Shown here: positions 15,575 through 25,477 of the stretch, piece after piece
Numbering within the stretch: the first letter of the stretch is position 1
Layout: the number at the start of each line of letters is the position of its first letter
IMG/VR virus record: IMGVR_UViG_3300045988_001753
Span: 1 to 64,000 of that record
Length of the DNA stretch: 64,000 bases
Direction: 5' to 3' (one strand)
Origin: a virus
Notes under the pieces: model-generated
What the model was told of the DNA's origin: nothing
The model's input: only the letters and a program-made list of their open reading frames with translations
Database searches by the model: none
Position numbers and translations under genes: made by a program

Positions 15575-16876
15575 ATGAGTGGAGAAACAATTAAATTAAT
15601 TGAGGAGAAGATAGAAGAACTATATAACTCCTTGATGGACAGACCACTCCGAGTATTAAGCATATTCAATGACTTTTTTGGAGAGGATAAAGTTGATATG
15701 CAAGGATATTGGAGTTTGGACAAGTTCAAATCTTGGATGAATATAGAGCCTTTATCTACTTATATTCCTGATGGTAATATTGTAAGCATGAACAGGAATG
15801 ACTGGAGCATGTATAAAACATGGGCTATTACTGATTTACCTGGAGACCAGGTAGAAAAGGTTGTAAATGTGCTTACAAATACTACAGTAAAGGAAAGAAT
15901 TGGTAATGCTAAGTTCAATGGCATATTCATTCTTGTACATTTTCCTCATGTAAGAGTAACTAATGAGCATGACAGATTTGTGGATATTAACCATCTGTGG
16001 GCTAAGGTAAAAGTAATGTATAATGGCACATTGAATGGTGGATTTACACTTAACAGGTCAGAATATACTATGCTTCATATTAGCAGTGGATATATGCACA
16101 GTCATATCAGTGGCATTCCTACAAATGACTTTACCAGTTTTCGGAATCCTTGCACAGGCAGTGGTCCCATCAATGGTACTATTAGTGCCCTCAATAGGGA
16201 TTATGATGAGGATATGTGGAATATGTTTTGTCTTGAGCTAAGTAAATATGTAACTGTAGAATCCATTGCTGGCAGACCTTATAAATATTTGGAAAAGTTA
16301 GGTACTGGTAACATGGAGATGGGTGTAGACAGGTTTGTTACATATCTATCACCAGACTACTATGGAGATGCTCTTAGTCCTGATAAGTTGAAGGAGTTTG
16401 TAAGAGGCTTTATCAATTCAAAGAAACTTAAATTCAATTATGTAAATGGCTCTTATTCTATTGGTATGTCACTTATTGAGTTTATTGTACTTATTAGCAA
16501 TGAATTTATTAAGTGGTATAATGACCAGTTTAATAAAGAGGAGCTAACTGCCGAGTTTGCAGAATTGAAGAGGAAAGGTATCTTGAAAGAATGTATCATA
16601 GATAATGGGAAGATTTACTATGATAAAGGTAGGAACAATGTAAATAACTATGCCCAACATATAGGCAAGAAGGTTTGCATGTTCAAGGGAAGAGAGGTTA
16701 CTGTTGATATTACAGATATTGCTGAGGTAAGGAATGAGAATAAGAGTATAATTCTTAATACTCATACTGCACTATACATATTAGCAACAATACTTAAAGT
16801 GTTAAATTATAGATATGGAAGAAGTAAAGCAACCCACGAAAGTAATCAGCTTGGTACAGAAGTCAGGTACTTATAA
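15575..16876 (+). CDS. hypothetical protein (433 aa), first gene of the JAB/E1 operon
   Basis: The track start at 15542 lies inside the terminator hairpin, so the ATG at 15575 (MSGETIKL) is preferred. No secure motif. Confidence 0.5.
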   Translation: MSGETIKLIEEKIEELYNSLMDRPLRVLSIFNDFFGEDKVDMQGYWSLDKFKSWMNIEPLSTYIPDGNIVSMNRNDWSMYKTWAITDLPGDQVEKVVNVLTNTTVKERIGNAKFNGIFILVHFPHVRVTNEHDRFVDINHLWAKVKVMYNGTLNGGFTLNRSEYTMLHISSGYMHSHISGIPTNDFTSFRNPCTGSGPINGTISALNRDYDEDMWNMFCLELSKYVTVESIAGRPYKYLEKLGTGNMEMGVDRFVTYLSPDYYGDALSPDKLKEFVRGFINSKKLKFNYVNGSYSIGMSLIEFIVLISNEFIKWYNDQFNKEELTAEFAELKRKGILKECIIDNGKIYYDKGRNNVNNYAQHIGKKVCMFKGREVTVDITDIAEVRNENKSIILNTHTALYILATILKVLNYRYGRSKATHESNQLGTEVRYL

Positions 16877-18032
16877 TTATAAGCTGATTATCCCAGCAGA
16901 AGTGGAGAGAAAGATAAGATTTGCCTGCCAAAAGGTGTGGAGTACTGAATGGTCAGGTACACTATTCTTTACACATGAAGGTTCATTTGAAAATAATGAC
17001 CTTGTAATAAGATGTGTGGATATTTACATTATGGATATTGGTACTCAAGCCTATACAGAGTTTGATATGAATCCTGATGTGATAGCCTATATGTGTGAGA
17101 ATCCTGAGCTACTTGATTGCCAAATGGGTCTTATACATTCCCATAACAATATGAGTACTTTCTTTAGTGGGACAGATACTGCTACTCTAAAGGAGGAAGG
17201 TAGGGATAGAAATAACTTTGTATCTCTCATTGTGAATAATGCAGGTACTTATACTGCTGCAATTACAAGGAGGGTTAAATCAAAGCAGGTCAAAGAATCT
17301 GTGTCTTATGAGTTCTTTGGTGATGGTGAAAAGCATGATACTAAGGAATATGTAAGTAGTGCAGATGAAATTGAATGGTTCTACCTTAAAATAGAGAAGG
17401 AAGGTGAGAATTATTCCTTTCCAGACATGGCAGCAAGACTTGAGGAAATCAAGCAAGCTAAAGCAGAAAGGGCAGAGAAAGCCAAGAAAGCTCAGACACC
17501 TGTATATCAAGATGGCTATAAACCTGTTATTGCTAATTCCTATGGTACAAAGGCAGGTCCAGCAAATCTTGTCAAGAAGGAAGCTGATAAGCCTAAGGTA
17601 GTTCAGCCAACTCTCTTTGATAATGTAGATGACTTGCCATTTGAAGAGGGATATGATATACCTTATGGTCAGGTATCATTTGATAAGGTTACTTTGAAAT
17701 CTCTTGTACTTCAATTGATTACAGGTAGTATTATCATTTCTAATGATAGCAAGATTGACATTACTAAATGGGCTAAGTCAATGCCTACCCTGTATGAAAA
17801 GAGGTTTGGTAAAGGCAAAGTTGGCATGGATAATTTCAAGATATGGGCAGAGACCTATACAGAGTATCTGACATGGTATATAACAGATGAGAAATTAGAA
17901 GAGCTTGGCTTTGATGAAACAGAAATTTGTGCTATTTGTGCCCATGATATGATAGAGGAGCTTACAAAACTCCCTGAAAATGATTATATCAAAGGGTATA
18001 TTGATGCACTTCAAAAGTATTTAGTATTATGA
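16815..18032 (+). CDS. JAB/MPN+ (JAMM) metallopeptidase-domain protein with long C-terminal extension
   Basis: Upstream Glu context STEWSGTLFF. IHSHNNMSTFFSGTD matches H-x-H-x7-S-x2-D (17136..17177). Confidence 0.75.
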   Translation: MEEVKQPTKVISLVQKSGTYNYKLIIPAEVERKIRFACQKVWSTEWSGTLFFTHEGSFENNDLVIRCVDIYIMDIGTQAYTEFDMNPDVIAYMCENPELLDCQMGLIHSHNNMSTFFSGTDTATLKEEGRDRNNFVSLIVNNAGTYTAAITRRVKSKQVKESVSYEFFGDGEKHDTKEYVSSADEIEWFYLKIEKEGENYSFPDMAARLEEIKQAKAERAEKAKKAQTPVYQDGYKPVIANSYGTKAGPANLVKKEADKPKVVQPTLFDNVDDLPFEEGYDIPYGQVSFDKVTLKSLVLQLITGSIIISNDSKIDITKWAKSMPTLYEKRFGKGKVGMDNFKIWAETYTEYLTWYITDEKLEELGFDETEICAICAHDMIEELTKLPENDYIKGYIDALQKYLVL

Positions 18033-18949
18033 CAAATAGTGAAATAGAAAATAGAGTAGCAGAATCTGAGAGAGCTTTAGAAGAAGCTATTGAAGAGTTC
18101 AACTCAGTAGAAGAGTATGAAGAGGCTCTTCAGAATCTTGATAATGATTCACCTTTGACAGAGGAAGAACAGGCTATTCTTGACCAAGCTGTAGAAGATG
18201 CACATCAAGAGATACCTACAAACTCTGCAACTTTGCTTGTGGATGAAGCTACAAGTAGGTTTAGTTCTGCCATTTGGTATGAGAACATTCAGAAGAAGAC
18301 TGTCATTTTGGCAGGTGTAGGTGGTATTGGTAGTTATGTAGGCTTCTTATTGGCAAGAATGAAGCCAGCTTCCATGTTCATTTATGATGATGACATAGTG
18401 GAAACTGTCAATATGTCAGGTCAGTTATATGGTCAATCTGATTTAGGTAGACCTAAGGTATCTGCACTGGCTGAGATGATTAGAAACTATGCTGGCTATA
18501 GCAGTGTCTTTGCAATAAGTGAAAGATTCACTGATGAATCTGAGGCATCAGACATCATGATTTGTGGCTTTGATAATATGGCAGCAAGAAGACTCTTCTT
18601 TAATAAATGGGTAAATCATGTTCAATCCAAACCAGAAGAGGAGAGAAAGAATTGCCTGTTTATTGATGGTAGATTAGCAGCAGAAGAGTTTCAGGTATTG
18701 TGCATCAAGGGAGATGATGAGTACAACATCAGTAAGTACAATAATGAGTTCCTATTCTCTGATGCAGAAGCTGATGAAACTATCTGCTCCTATAAACAAA
18801 CTACCTTCTGTGCAAATATGATTGCATCTTATATGGTTAATTTGTTTGTAAACTTCTGTGCTAATCAATGTGAGCCTCTCATTGATAGAGACCTGCCATT
18901 CCTTACCACATATAATGCAGAAACAATGTATCTTAAAACTGAAGTATAA
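18029..18949 (+). CDS. ThiF/MoeB/E1-like adenylyltransferase
   Basis: Rossmann loop VILAGVGGIGSYVGFLLARM (18314..18334) followed by IYDDDIVETVNMSGQLY. Acidic 85-aa N-terminal extension. ATGA overlap with the JAB gene. Confidence 0.7.
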   Translation: MTNSEIENRVAESERALEEAIEEFNSVEEYEEALQNLDNDSPLTEEEQAILDQAVEDAHQEIPTNSATLLVDEATSRFSSAIWYENIQKKTVILAGVGGIGSYVGFLLARMKPASMFIYDDDIVETVNMSGQLYGQSDLGRPKVSALAEMIRNYAGYSSVFAISERFTDESEASDIMICGFDNMAARRLFFNKWVNHVQSKPEEERKNCLFIDGRLAAEEFQVLCIKGDDEYNISKYNNEFLFSDAEADETICSYKQTTFCANMIASYMVNLFVNFCANQCEPLIDRDLPFLTTYNAETMYLKTEV

Positions 18950-19719
18950 TGGAATTTAACCCAAGATTTGCATATAATGTAATGGATGTTTTCAATAGCA
19001 GTGAGTCTGGTAATCCAGACCAGCTTGAAATGAATCTGTCTCTTGATAGTAACAATGTATTTAGAAGAAGCCTTGTCATTGAAGTAAACAATGATGAGGT
19101 AGAGATACCTGTGATTGCAAGAGAACACTTTGAAAAGCTGGTTTCAGACAATATGGCTTATCCCGCAATTATGGGAATCAAGAGGATAATATTGCCATTA
19201 TATGATAATGCACCAAGCCAAGAAAGAAGAACCTTTGATAGTATCATAGCTCAATTATTTACTAATGTAGGATATGGTAAAAGATTGCAGAAGATAACTA
19301 CCAATAAGGGCGAAGTGTATTATGGTGGTAAAGGTATCATCTTTGATGAGAGCTACACTCCATTACTATTATGTACATTAACTGCAAGAAGTGTACATAC
19401 TGAGGATAATGGTAATGCTATGGTCTATTACAGACCTGTATGCCATGTCAGTCCCAAAGTATTCTTAGAGTCTGATAAGTTGATTAATAAAGGCATCATC
19501 AAGAAATTGATTCCTTATTATACAAGTAGGGATATAAATTTCCCAAGAAGCAATTACAGCTTCAGTAGTAATCCAGAGGACAGGAAAGTAAAGGTCATAG
19601 TAGATAATTTCAATAAGTTCTTTGTAGAACCTATTAAACCTACTCCATCTGCCTGCTCTAATGATGCACTGAATGAATGCCTTATTGACAATATTGATGA
19701 CATAATGATGTTGATATGA
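18949..19719 (+). CDS. hypothetical protein (256 aa), JAB/E1 operon member
   Basis: TAATG overlap with the E1-like stop and ATGA overlap with the UDG start. No motif recognised. Confidence 0.5.
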   Translation: MEFNPRFAYNVMDVFNSSESGNPDQLEMNLSLDSNNVFRRSLVIEVNNDEVEIPVIAREHFEKLVSDNMAYPAIMGIKRIILPLYDNAPSQERRTFDSIIAQLFTNVGYGKRLQKITTNKGEVYYGGKGIIFDESYTPLLLCTLTARSVHTEDNGNAMVYYRPVCHVSPKVFLESDKLINKGIIKKLIPYYTSRDINFPRSNYSFSSNPEDRKVKVIVDNFNKFFVEPIKPTPSACSNDALNECLIDNIDDIMMLI

Positions 19720-20393
19720 CATTAGATGAATACTTTGGAGATTGGATGAAGGTAATTGATAGGACAGAGCTTAATAATGTAATGGCTAAGGTTGGGCAAG
19801 AATACAGGAGGAAACCATTGTGTCCTGCCCAATCTGATGTATTCAGAGCATTTGAGCTTTGTCCTCTCAATGACTTGAAAGTAGTTATGTTAGGTCAAGA
19901 CCCCTATCCACAAAAGGGAGTGGCAACTGGAGTATTATTCGGGAATAGAAAGGAAGTTGATGAGGATAACTTATCTCCTTCATTAAATGTTGTTAAAGAA
20001 GCAGCAATTAATTTTGAAGTTCCACATTATTGTATTACCTTTGACCAGACTTTAGAGAGTTGGGCTAAACAGGGAATACTGATGATAAACTCTGCCCTCA
20101 CTGTAGAAATGAATAGGATAGGTTCCCATGTGATGTTATGGAGACCTTTCATATCTAAACTCTTAAAGAACCTGTCTGACTATGATACAGGGATAGTATA
20201 TGTCCTGTTTGGGAAGCAGGCTCAGACTTTTAAGCCTTATATAAATGAAAAGTTCAATCATGTATTTGAAGTGGAGCATCCTGCATACTTTGCAAGGAAT
20301 GGCAGGAAGATGCCACATGAACTGTTTGTTAATATAAGCAATACAGTAAAGGGAATTTATGGAGTACCAATAGAGTGGTACAAAGAGTATTAA
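19716..20393 (+). CDS. ung: uracil-DNA glycosylase, family 1
   Basis: VVMLGQDPYPQKGVATGVLFG (GQDPY motif), QGILMINSALTVE and a C-terminal EHPAYF region. Typical length of 225 aa. Confidence 0.85.
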   Translation: MTLDEYFGDWMKVIDRTELNNVMAKVGQEYRRKPLCPAQSDVFRAFELCPLNDLKVVMLGQDPYPQKGVATGVLFGNRKEVDEDNLSPSLNVVKEAAINFEVPHYCITFDQTLESWAKQGILMINSALTVEMNRIGSHVMLWRPFISKLLKNLSDYDTGIVYVLFGKQAQTFKPYINEKFNHVFEVEHPAYFARNGRKMPHELFVNISNTVKGIYGVPIEWYKEY

Positions 20394-20412
20394 TACTAAA
20401 AATAAAAAGAAA

Positions 20413-20979
20413 ATGAAAAAGTTTTATTTAGCAAATGGTAAAGAAGTTCAGCTTGGTGACACAATCTACAAGGTAGAGGAAATTAACCATCCTGTATTTG
20501 GCAAGGGTAAGGTAGTTGAACACATCCTTGTTACTAAAGAGGTATTGCCTAAGTTGATTGAGGCAGGTGTACTCACTGTTAAGAAGGGTGCAGACAAGCC
20601 TACATTGCCTGTTCTGAAGGATGGTGAGGTGTCTATGGACTTGGAGTTCTATGTACAGAAGATTGCAGACAGACTTGGTTGGAAGATTGAGAAGGTGTAT
20701 AACTATCTCAATAGTGTAGATACTATTCTTCCTGCTGCTGCATTCTCTATGGTACTTAGGGAAGTAGCCATTGAACTGGACAAGAAGTATGAGGACCACA
20801 TTGAGAAGAGTCCTGAGATTTATGTAATCTCTATGCTGGATGGCAGGATTACCAAGGCTAACAAAGCCCATATCAAGAATTACAGAAACTTTGCAGCATT
20901 CAGGACTATTGAGGATGCTAAGATTGCTTGCAGAATTACAAGAGACATTCTTAAAGAAATGTTCAAAAGTGGCAAATAA
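20413..20979 (+). CDS. hypothetical protein (188 aa)
   Basis: ORF with an A-rich leader. No motif recognised. Confidence 0.5.
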   Translation: MKKFYLANGKEVQLGDTIYKVEEINHPVFGKGKVVEHILVTKEVLPKLIEAGVLTVKKGADKPTLPVLKDGEVSMDLEFYVQKIADRLGWKIEKVYNYLNSVDTILPAAAFSMVLREVAIELDKKYEDHIEKSPEIYVISMLDGRITKANKAHIKNYRNFAAFRTIEDAKIACRITRDILKEMFKSGK

Positions 20980-21463
20980 GAAGATTAGGAATGCCACACA
21001 GAGTAGTTCTAAGGGTATAACATTCAAATCCCAGTTGGAGAAGAGCATATACAATACTCTTCTTCAACAAGGGTTTGAGCCTCAATATGAGCCAACTACC
21101 TTCACTTTATGGGAAGGTTTTGAACCTATCACCCCATATTATGATAAGGAGACTGACAAGCAGAAAATCAAAAGATTATCAGAGGGTATAGACACCCGTG
21201 CTTCAAAGATACTAATTCAGAAAACAGGTAAAATTGTTGGTATCAGATATACACCAGACTTTTATTTCAAATATAATGACCTCAATGTTTATATTGAAGC
21301 CAAAGGAATAGAGAATGATGTATTCTATATCAAGAAAAAGATGTTTATAAAATATCTTGATAACCTGTACACTGAAAAAGGTGAAAAGTCTATCTATTTT
21401 GAGGTATATACCAAGAAACAACTCTTGCAGGCAATAGAAATTATCAAGAGTTATGGACAATAG
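20969..21463 (+). CDS. T7 endonuclease I-like Holliday junction resolvase
   Basis: FKSQLEKSIYNTLLQQGFEPQYEP...RYTPDFYFKYNDLNVYIEAKG matches the endo I PDF...E-x-K core. Start uncertain: GTG 20969 is preferred, while ATGs at 20840 and 20915 would overlap the upstream gene by 65-140 nt. Confidence 0.65.
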   Translation: MANKKIRNATQSSSKGITFKSQLEKSIYNTLLQQGFEPQYEPTTFTLWEGFEPITPYYDKETDKQKIKRLSEGIDTRASKILIQKTGKIVGIRYTPDFYFKYNDLNVYIEAKGIENDVFYIKKKMFIKYLDNLYTEKGEKSIYFEVYTKKQLLQAIEIIKSYGQ

Positions 21464-21770
21464 AGAACCAATAGACAGAATAAAGGCTTTGATTCCCTCA
21501 TTGCCTGAGGGAGATGCAAAGCTTGCACATAAGTTCCTGAATAGTAGGGACTTTGAGTCTCTCCAACTCTTAGTTGATTCATCTCTTGTCAGAGTAAAGA
21601 AAGGTCTCAGTAAGGAAAATCCTAAAGAGGAGTATCTGAAAGCAGACCTTGGGGAAATGAGGAAATTGAAGTCAGAAATAGATACTTACTGTGAGGCTCT
21701 TGAGTTGCCAGAGCAGGAGGGTGAATATGAGGATTTCAGTAATGAGGAATACAATCAAGATTATTACTAA
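21453..21770 (+). CDS. hypothetical acidic protein (105 aa)
   Basis: Overlaps the upstream stop. No motif recognised. Confidence 0.45.
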   Translation: MDNREPIDRIKALIPSLPEGDAKLAHKFLNSRDFESLQLLVDSSLVRVKKGLSKENPKEEYLKADLGEMRKLKSEIDTYCEALELPEQEGEYEDFSNEEYNQDYY

Positions 21771-22819
21771 TGGAGAGGAAATCTTTAAGAAGTATATCTT
21801 GGGATGTGTCTGAGGAAACATATAGAGCAGACCCAGCATTAAGCTATTCAACCCTTGCAAGATATGAGAGGGAGGGATTCAATAACTTGGATAAATTATT
21901 TGACAGGTTAGAGACACCTTCTCTTACTTTTGGTAGTGCTGTAGATAGCATTATCACAGGTGGTCAAGAAGAGTTTGATGAAAGGTTTATGGTTGCTGAG
22001 TTTCCTTCTACTCCAGACTCTATTACAAAGATGGTAAAATCTTTGTTCAGTCAGTATGGAGATTCTTATAGGAGTCTTATTACAATTCCTGATGATGCAA
22101 TCATTAAGGAGACTGAATATCAGAGTTATCAGATGAACTGGAAGCCTGAGACAAGAGCTAAGGTTATCAAGGAGAAAGGAGCTGACTACTATAACCTGTT
22201 ATTTATAGCAGGCAGTAAGACTATACTTGATACTCAGACCTATCAAGATGTGTGCAATGCAGTAAGAGCATTGAAAGAGAGCAAATCCACTCAATTCTAC
22301 TTTGCAGAGGATAATCCATTTGAACCAGATATTGAAAGATTCTATCAGTTGAAGTTCAAAGGAGAGTTCAATGGTGTAAAGTATAGAAACATGGCTGACT
22401 TAATCATAGTCAATCATAAGGAGAAGTGGGTAAAGCCAGTAGATTTGAAAACAAGTTCCCATACAGAGTGGGATTTCTATAAATCCTTTGTAGATTGGAG
22501 ATATGATATTCAAGCCAGACTATATTGGGCTATTATAAGGCAGAATATGGATAAGGATGAGTACTTCAAAGACTTCAAGCTGCTTGACTATGATTTCATT
22601 GTAGTTAATAGGAGAATCCTTGTCCCATTGGTGTGGACTTGTCCATTTACACAGGCAGTAGGTACATTGAAATTTGGAAAGAATGACCAAATAGAAATGA
22701 GAAGTCCTTTTGTGATAGGAGAAGAGCTTTCTTCTTATCTCACTTCCAGACCAAAGGTGCCTATGGGAATTAGTGAGACTGGTCCTAATGATTTAAGAGA
22801 ATGGTTAAATACATTGTAA
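21770..22819 (+). CDS. PD-(D/E)XK (RecB/lambda Exo-like) nuclease
   Basis: MADLIIVNHKEKWVKPVDLKTSS gives the D...D-x-K core, with YDIQARLYW (QxxxY) downstream. Confidence 0.65.
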   Translation: MERKSLRSISWDVSEETYRADPALSYSTLARYEREGFNNLDKLFDRLETPSLTFGSAVDSIITGGQEEFDERFMVAEFPSTPDSITKMVKSLFSQYGDSYRSLITIPDDAIIKETEYQSYQMNWKPETRAKVIKEKGADYYNLLFIAGSKTILDTQTYQDVCNAVRALKESKSTQFYFAEDNPFEPDIERFYQLKFKGEFNGVKYRNMADLIIVNHKEKWVKPVDLKTSSHTEWDFYKSFVDWRYDIQARLYWAIIRQNMDKDEYFKDFKLLDYDFIVVNRRILVPLVWTCPFTQAVGTLKFGKNDQIEMRSPFVIGEELSSYLTSRPKVPMGISETGPNDLREWLNTL

Positions 22820-22820
22820 T

Positions 22821-25007
22821 ATGCAAGTAGTAAAAAGAGATGGCAGTATAGAGGAATTTAATGTTGATAAGATTATAAGTGCTGTAGAAAAAGCCTTTAA
22901 GTCTTGCAACAAGAAAATGCCTCAATATTTGTATGATATGCTGGGTGCTCTATTTGGCACTTTGGAAGGAGATACTATAGGTATTGAGGAGATACAGAAT
23001 AAGGTTGAGGATGTTCTTATGAATGATAAACACTTTGATGTGGCAAAGAGATATATCATTTATAGGGAACAGCATAAGCAGGCAAGATTCATTAGGGAAA
23101 GAATTGACTATATGAATGAGTATAGCCAATCCAATGAGAATGCAGCTACTTCATCAGAGACAGATGCCAATGCAAATGTAACTATGAAGAATGTTGCTAA
23201 TCTTGAGGGTGAAGTGTATAAGACTACCAATAGGGTTATTCAGAGGCAAAGAATGAAAGACAAGTTGAATGAAATGTACCCTGAAGTAGCCAAGAAGTAT
23301 GGAGAGGATTTGAACTCTCATATCATCTATACACATGATGAAGCAACTACTCCTGTCTTGAAGCAGTATTGTATGGCTGTGAGTCTATATCCTCTTATGA
23401 CTGAAGGAGTTGGCAATATTGATGGTATCACTCCAACACCTCCTAATGATTTGCAATCATTCAGTGGTCAAGTAACCAATCTTATCTTCTTGCTATCTTC
23501 TCAGTGTAAAGGTGCAGTGGCAGTAGGTGAATACTTTATTGCCCTTAACTATTACATTGTGCAAGAATTTGGTCCTAATTGGTATGAAAAGTTGGATGTA
23601 GTAACTACTACAGACCATTGCAGTAAGCAGAGGACTGTAAGAGATGCCATATATAAAGCATTCAAGCAGTTTATCTATGGTGTAAACCAGCCTGCTGGTA
23701 ATAGGTCATATCAAAGTCCATTTACTAATGTGTCTTATTATGACCATACTTACTTTGATTCACTGTTTGGAGAGTTCTATTATCCTGATGGTACTAAGCC
23801 TCAATGGGAAGCAGTAGATTGTCTGCAAAGGCTGTTTATGAAGTTCTTCAATAAGTTGAGAACCAAACAGATTCTTACATTCCCTGTAGAGACAATGGCT
23901 ATGGTGTATGACCCTAAGACCAATGATATTATAGACAAAGACTACAAAGACTTTACTGCTGAAATGTATGCAGAAGGTCATAGCTTCTTCACCTATATAT
24001 CAGATAGTGCTGATAGTCTTGCATCATGTTGTAGATTGAGAAATGAGCTTGCAGAGAATACTTTTAATCCTACATCAGGTCTTACTGGTGTGATGACTGG
24101 TTCATGCAATGTAATCACTCTTAATATCAATAGAATTGTACAGGATTGGTATAATAAGGAATTTTATCCCAAGTGGGGCACAAGCATTATTAATAATGAG
24201 GAATGGACTACTAAAGGGCTGAAAGATTATCTTGTAAAGATACTTGAGAGAGTATATAAGTACCATATAGCATTTAAGACAATGCTATATGAACTTGAAG
24301 ATAAGGGTATGTTTGCTGCTTCAAATGGTGGGTATATTCACATCAGCAAATTGTATAGTACTATAGGTATCAATGGCTTGAATGAGGCTGCAAGATTCTT
24401 AGGTATGACTGTTGGCAACAACAAGGAGTATATTGAGTTCCTGCAACTGGTTCTTGGTACTATCAAAGAGCAGAATAAGATACACTCTATCCATGATGCC
24501 AATAGACCATTCTTATTCAATTCTGAGGTAGTTCCTGCTGAAGGGTTAGGAGGAAAGAATTATAATTGGGATAAGGAAGATGGATATTGGGTTCCTGAGG
24601 ATGAGAATTTGTATAATTCATACTTCTATGATGCACATGATGACACCTCAGTACTTGATAAGTTCATACTTCATGGAAGACAGACTTACCAATATACTGA
24701 TGGAGGCAGTGCAGCTCATATCAATCTTGAAGACCACCTTAGCAAGGAACAGTATCTCAAACTGATAGACTTTGCAATAGCTAATGGAACCAACTACTTC
24801 ACATTTAATATTCCTAATAGTAAGTGTGATGACTGTGGCTACATTACTAAGCATCCCATCACTGAATGTCCAAAGTGTCATAGTAAGAATATCACTCAAT
24901 ATACAAGAGTGATTGGCTATCTCAGACCTATCAAATCATTTGGCAAAGACAGGCAGATTGAGGCAAGTCATAGAACTTATAGTGATGGAAGGAGTGAGAT
25001 ATGCTAA
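22821..25007 (+). CDS. nrdD: anaerobic ribonucleoside-triphosphate reductase (class III)
   Basis: ATP-cone N-terminus VVKRDGSIEEFNVDKIISAV. C-terminal Zn site CDDCGY...CPKCHS and glycyl-radical-type RVIGYLRP. Confidence 0.9.
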   Translation: MQVVKRDGSIEEFNVDKIISAVEKAFKSCNKKMPQYLYDMLGALFGTLEGDTIGIEEIQNKVEDVLMNDKHFDVAKRYIIYREQHKQARFIRERIDYMNEYSQSNENAATSSETDANANVTMKNVANLEGEVYKTTNRVIQRQRMKDKLNEMYPEVAKKYGEDLNSHIIYTHDEATTPVLKQYCMAVSLYPLMTEGVGNIDGITPTPPNDLQSFSGQVTNLIFLLSSQCKGAVAVGEYFIALNYYIVQEFGPNWYEKLDVVTTTDHCSKQRTVRDAIYKAFKQFIYGVNQPAGNRSYQSPFTNVSYYDHTYFDSLFGEFYYPDGTKPQWEAVDCLQRLFMKFFNKLRTKQILTFPVETMAMVYDPKTNDIIDKDYKDFTAEMYAEGHSFFTYISDSADSLASCCRLRNELAENTFNPTSGLTGVMTGSCNVITLNINRIVQDWYNKEFYPKWGTSIINNEEWTTKGLKDYLVKILERVYKYHIAFKTMLYELEDKGMFAASNGGYIHISKLYSTIGINGLNEAARFLGMTVGNNKEYIEFLQLVLGTIKEQNKIHSIHDANRPFLFNSEVVPAEGLGGKNYNWDKEDGYWVPEDENLYNSYFYDAHDDTSVLDKFILHGRQTYQYTDGGSAAHINLEDHLSKEQYLKLIDFAIANGTNYFTFNIPNSKCDDCGYITKHPITECPKCHSKNITQYTRVIGYLRPIKSFGKDRQIEASHRTYSDGRSEIC

Positions 25008-25477
25008 AGTATGTGGATGCAAAAGTAGTCTTTGCTGAAGTGCCAGATGAAGTAACTCTTGCTATCAACATATCTAATTGTCCATGTCAATGTAAGGGCT
25101 GTCATAGCTCTTACTTGGCAGAGGATATTGGTAATCCACTGAATAAGACAGTCCTCAGCAAACTTTTGGAAGATAACAAGGGAATATCTTGTGTGTCTTT
25201 CATGGGTGGTGATAGGGACACTATACATATAGTAGCTTTGGCAAGTTGGGTAAAAACTCATACAAACTTAAAGGTTGCATGGTATAGTGGTAGGCAAGAG
25301 ATTAGTGATATAGTAGCAAGGCAATTAAGGTGGTTTGACTACATTAAACTTGGACCTTATAAGGAGGAGTTTGGTCCACTTAACAGTAGGACTACCAATC
25401 AAAGATTTTACAAGGTCAGTGGTAGAGAGTTGGTAGACATAACAAATAAATTTTGGAAACATGAAACTGAAAATTAA
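25001..25477 (+). CDS. nrdG: anaerobic RNR activating protein (radical SAM)
   Basis: Cys cluster CPCQCKGCHS near the N-terminus. 158 aa, overlapping the nrdD stop. Confidence 0.8.
   Translation: MLKYVDAKVVFAEVPDEVTLAINISNCPCQCKGCHSSYLAEDIGNPLNKTVLSKLLEDNKGISCVSFMGGDRDTIHIVALASWVKTHTNLKVAWYSGRQEISDIVARQLRWFDYIKLGPYKEEFGPLNSRTTNQRFYKVSGRELVDITNKFWKHETEN

Noticed and set aside
20428-21054. 208-aa antisense ORF opposite 20413..20979
   Set aside because: It is a codon-aligned complement of the sense ORF with low-complexity composition. It has no independent support.
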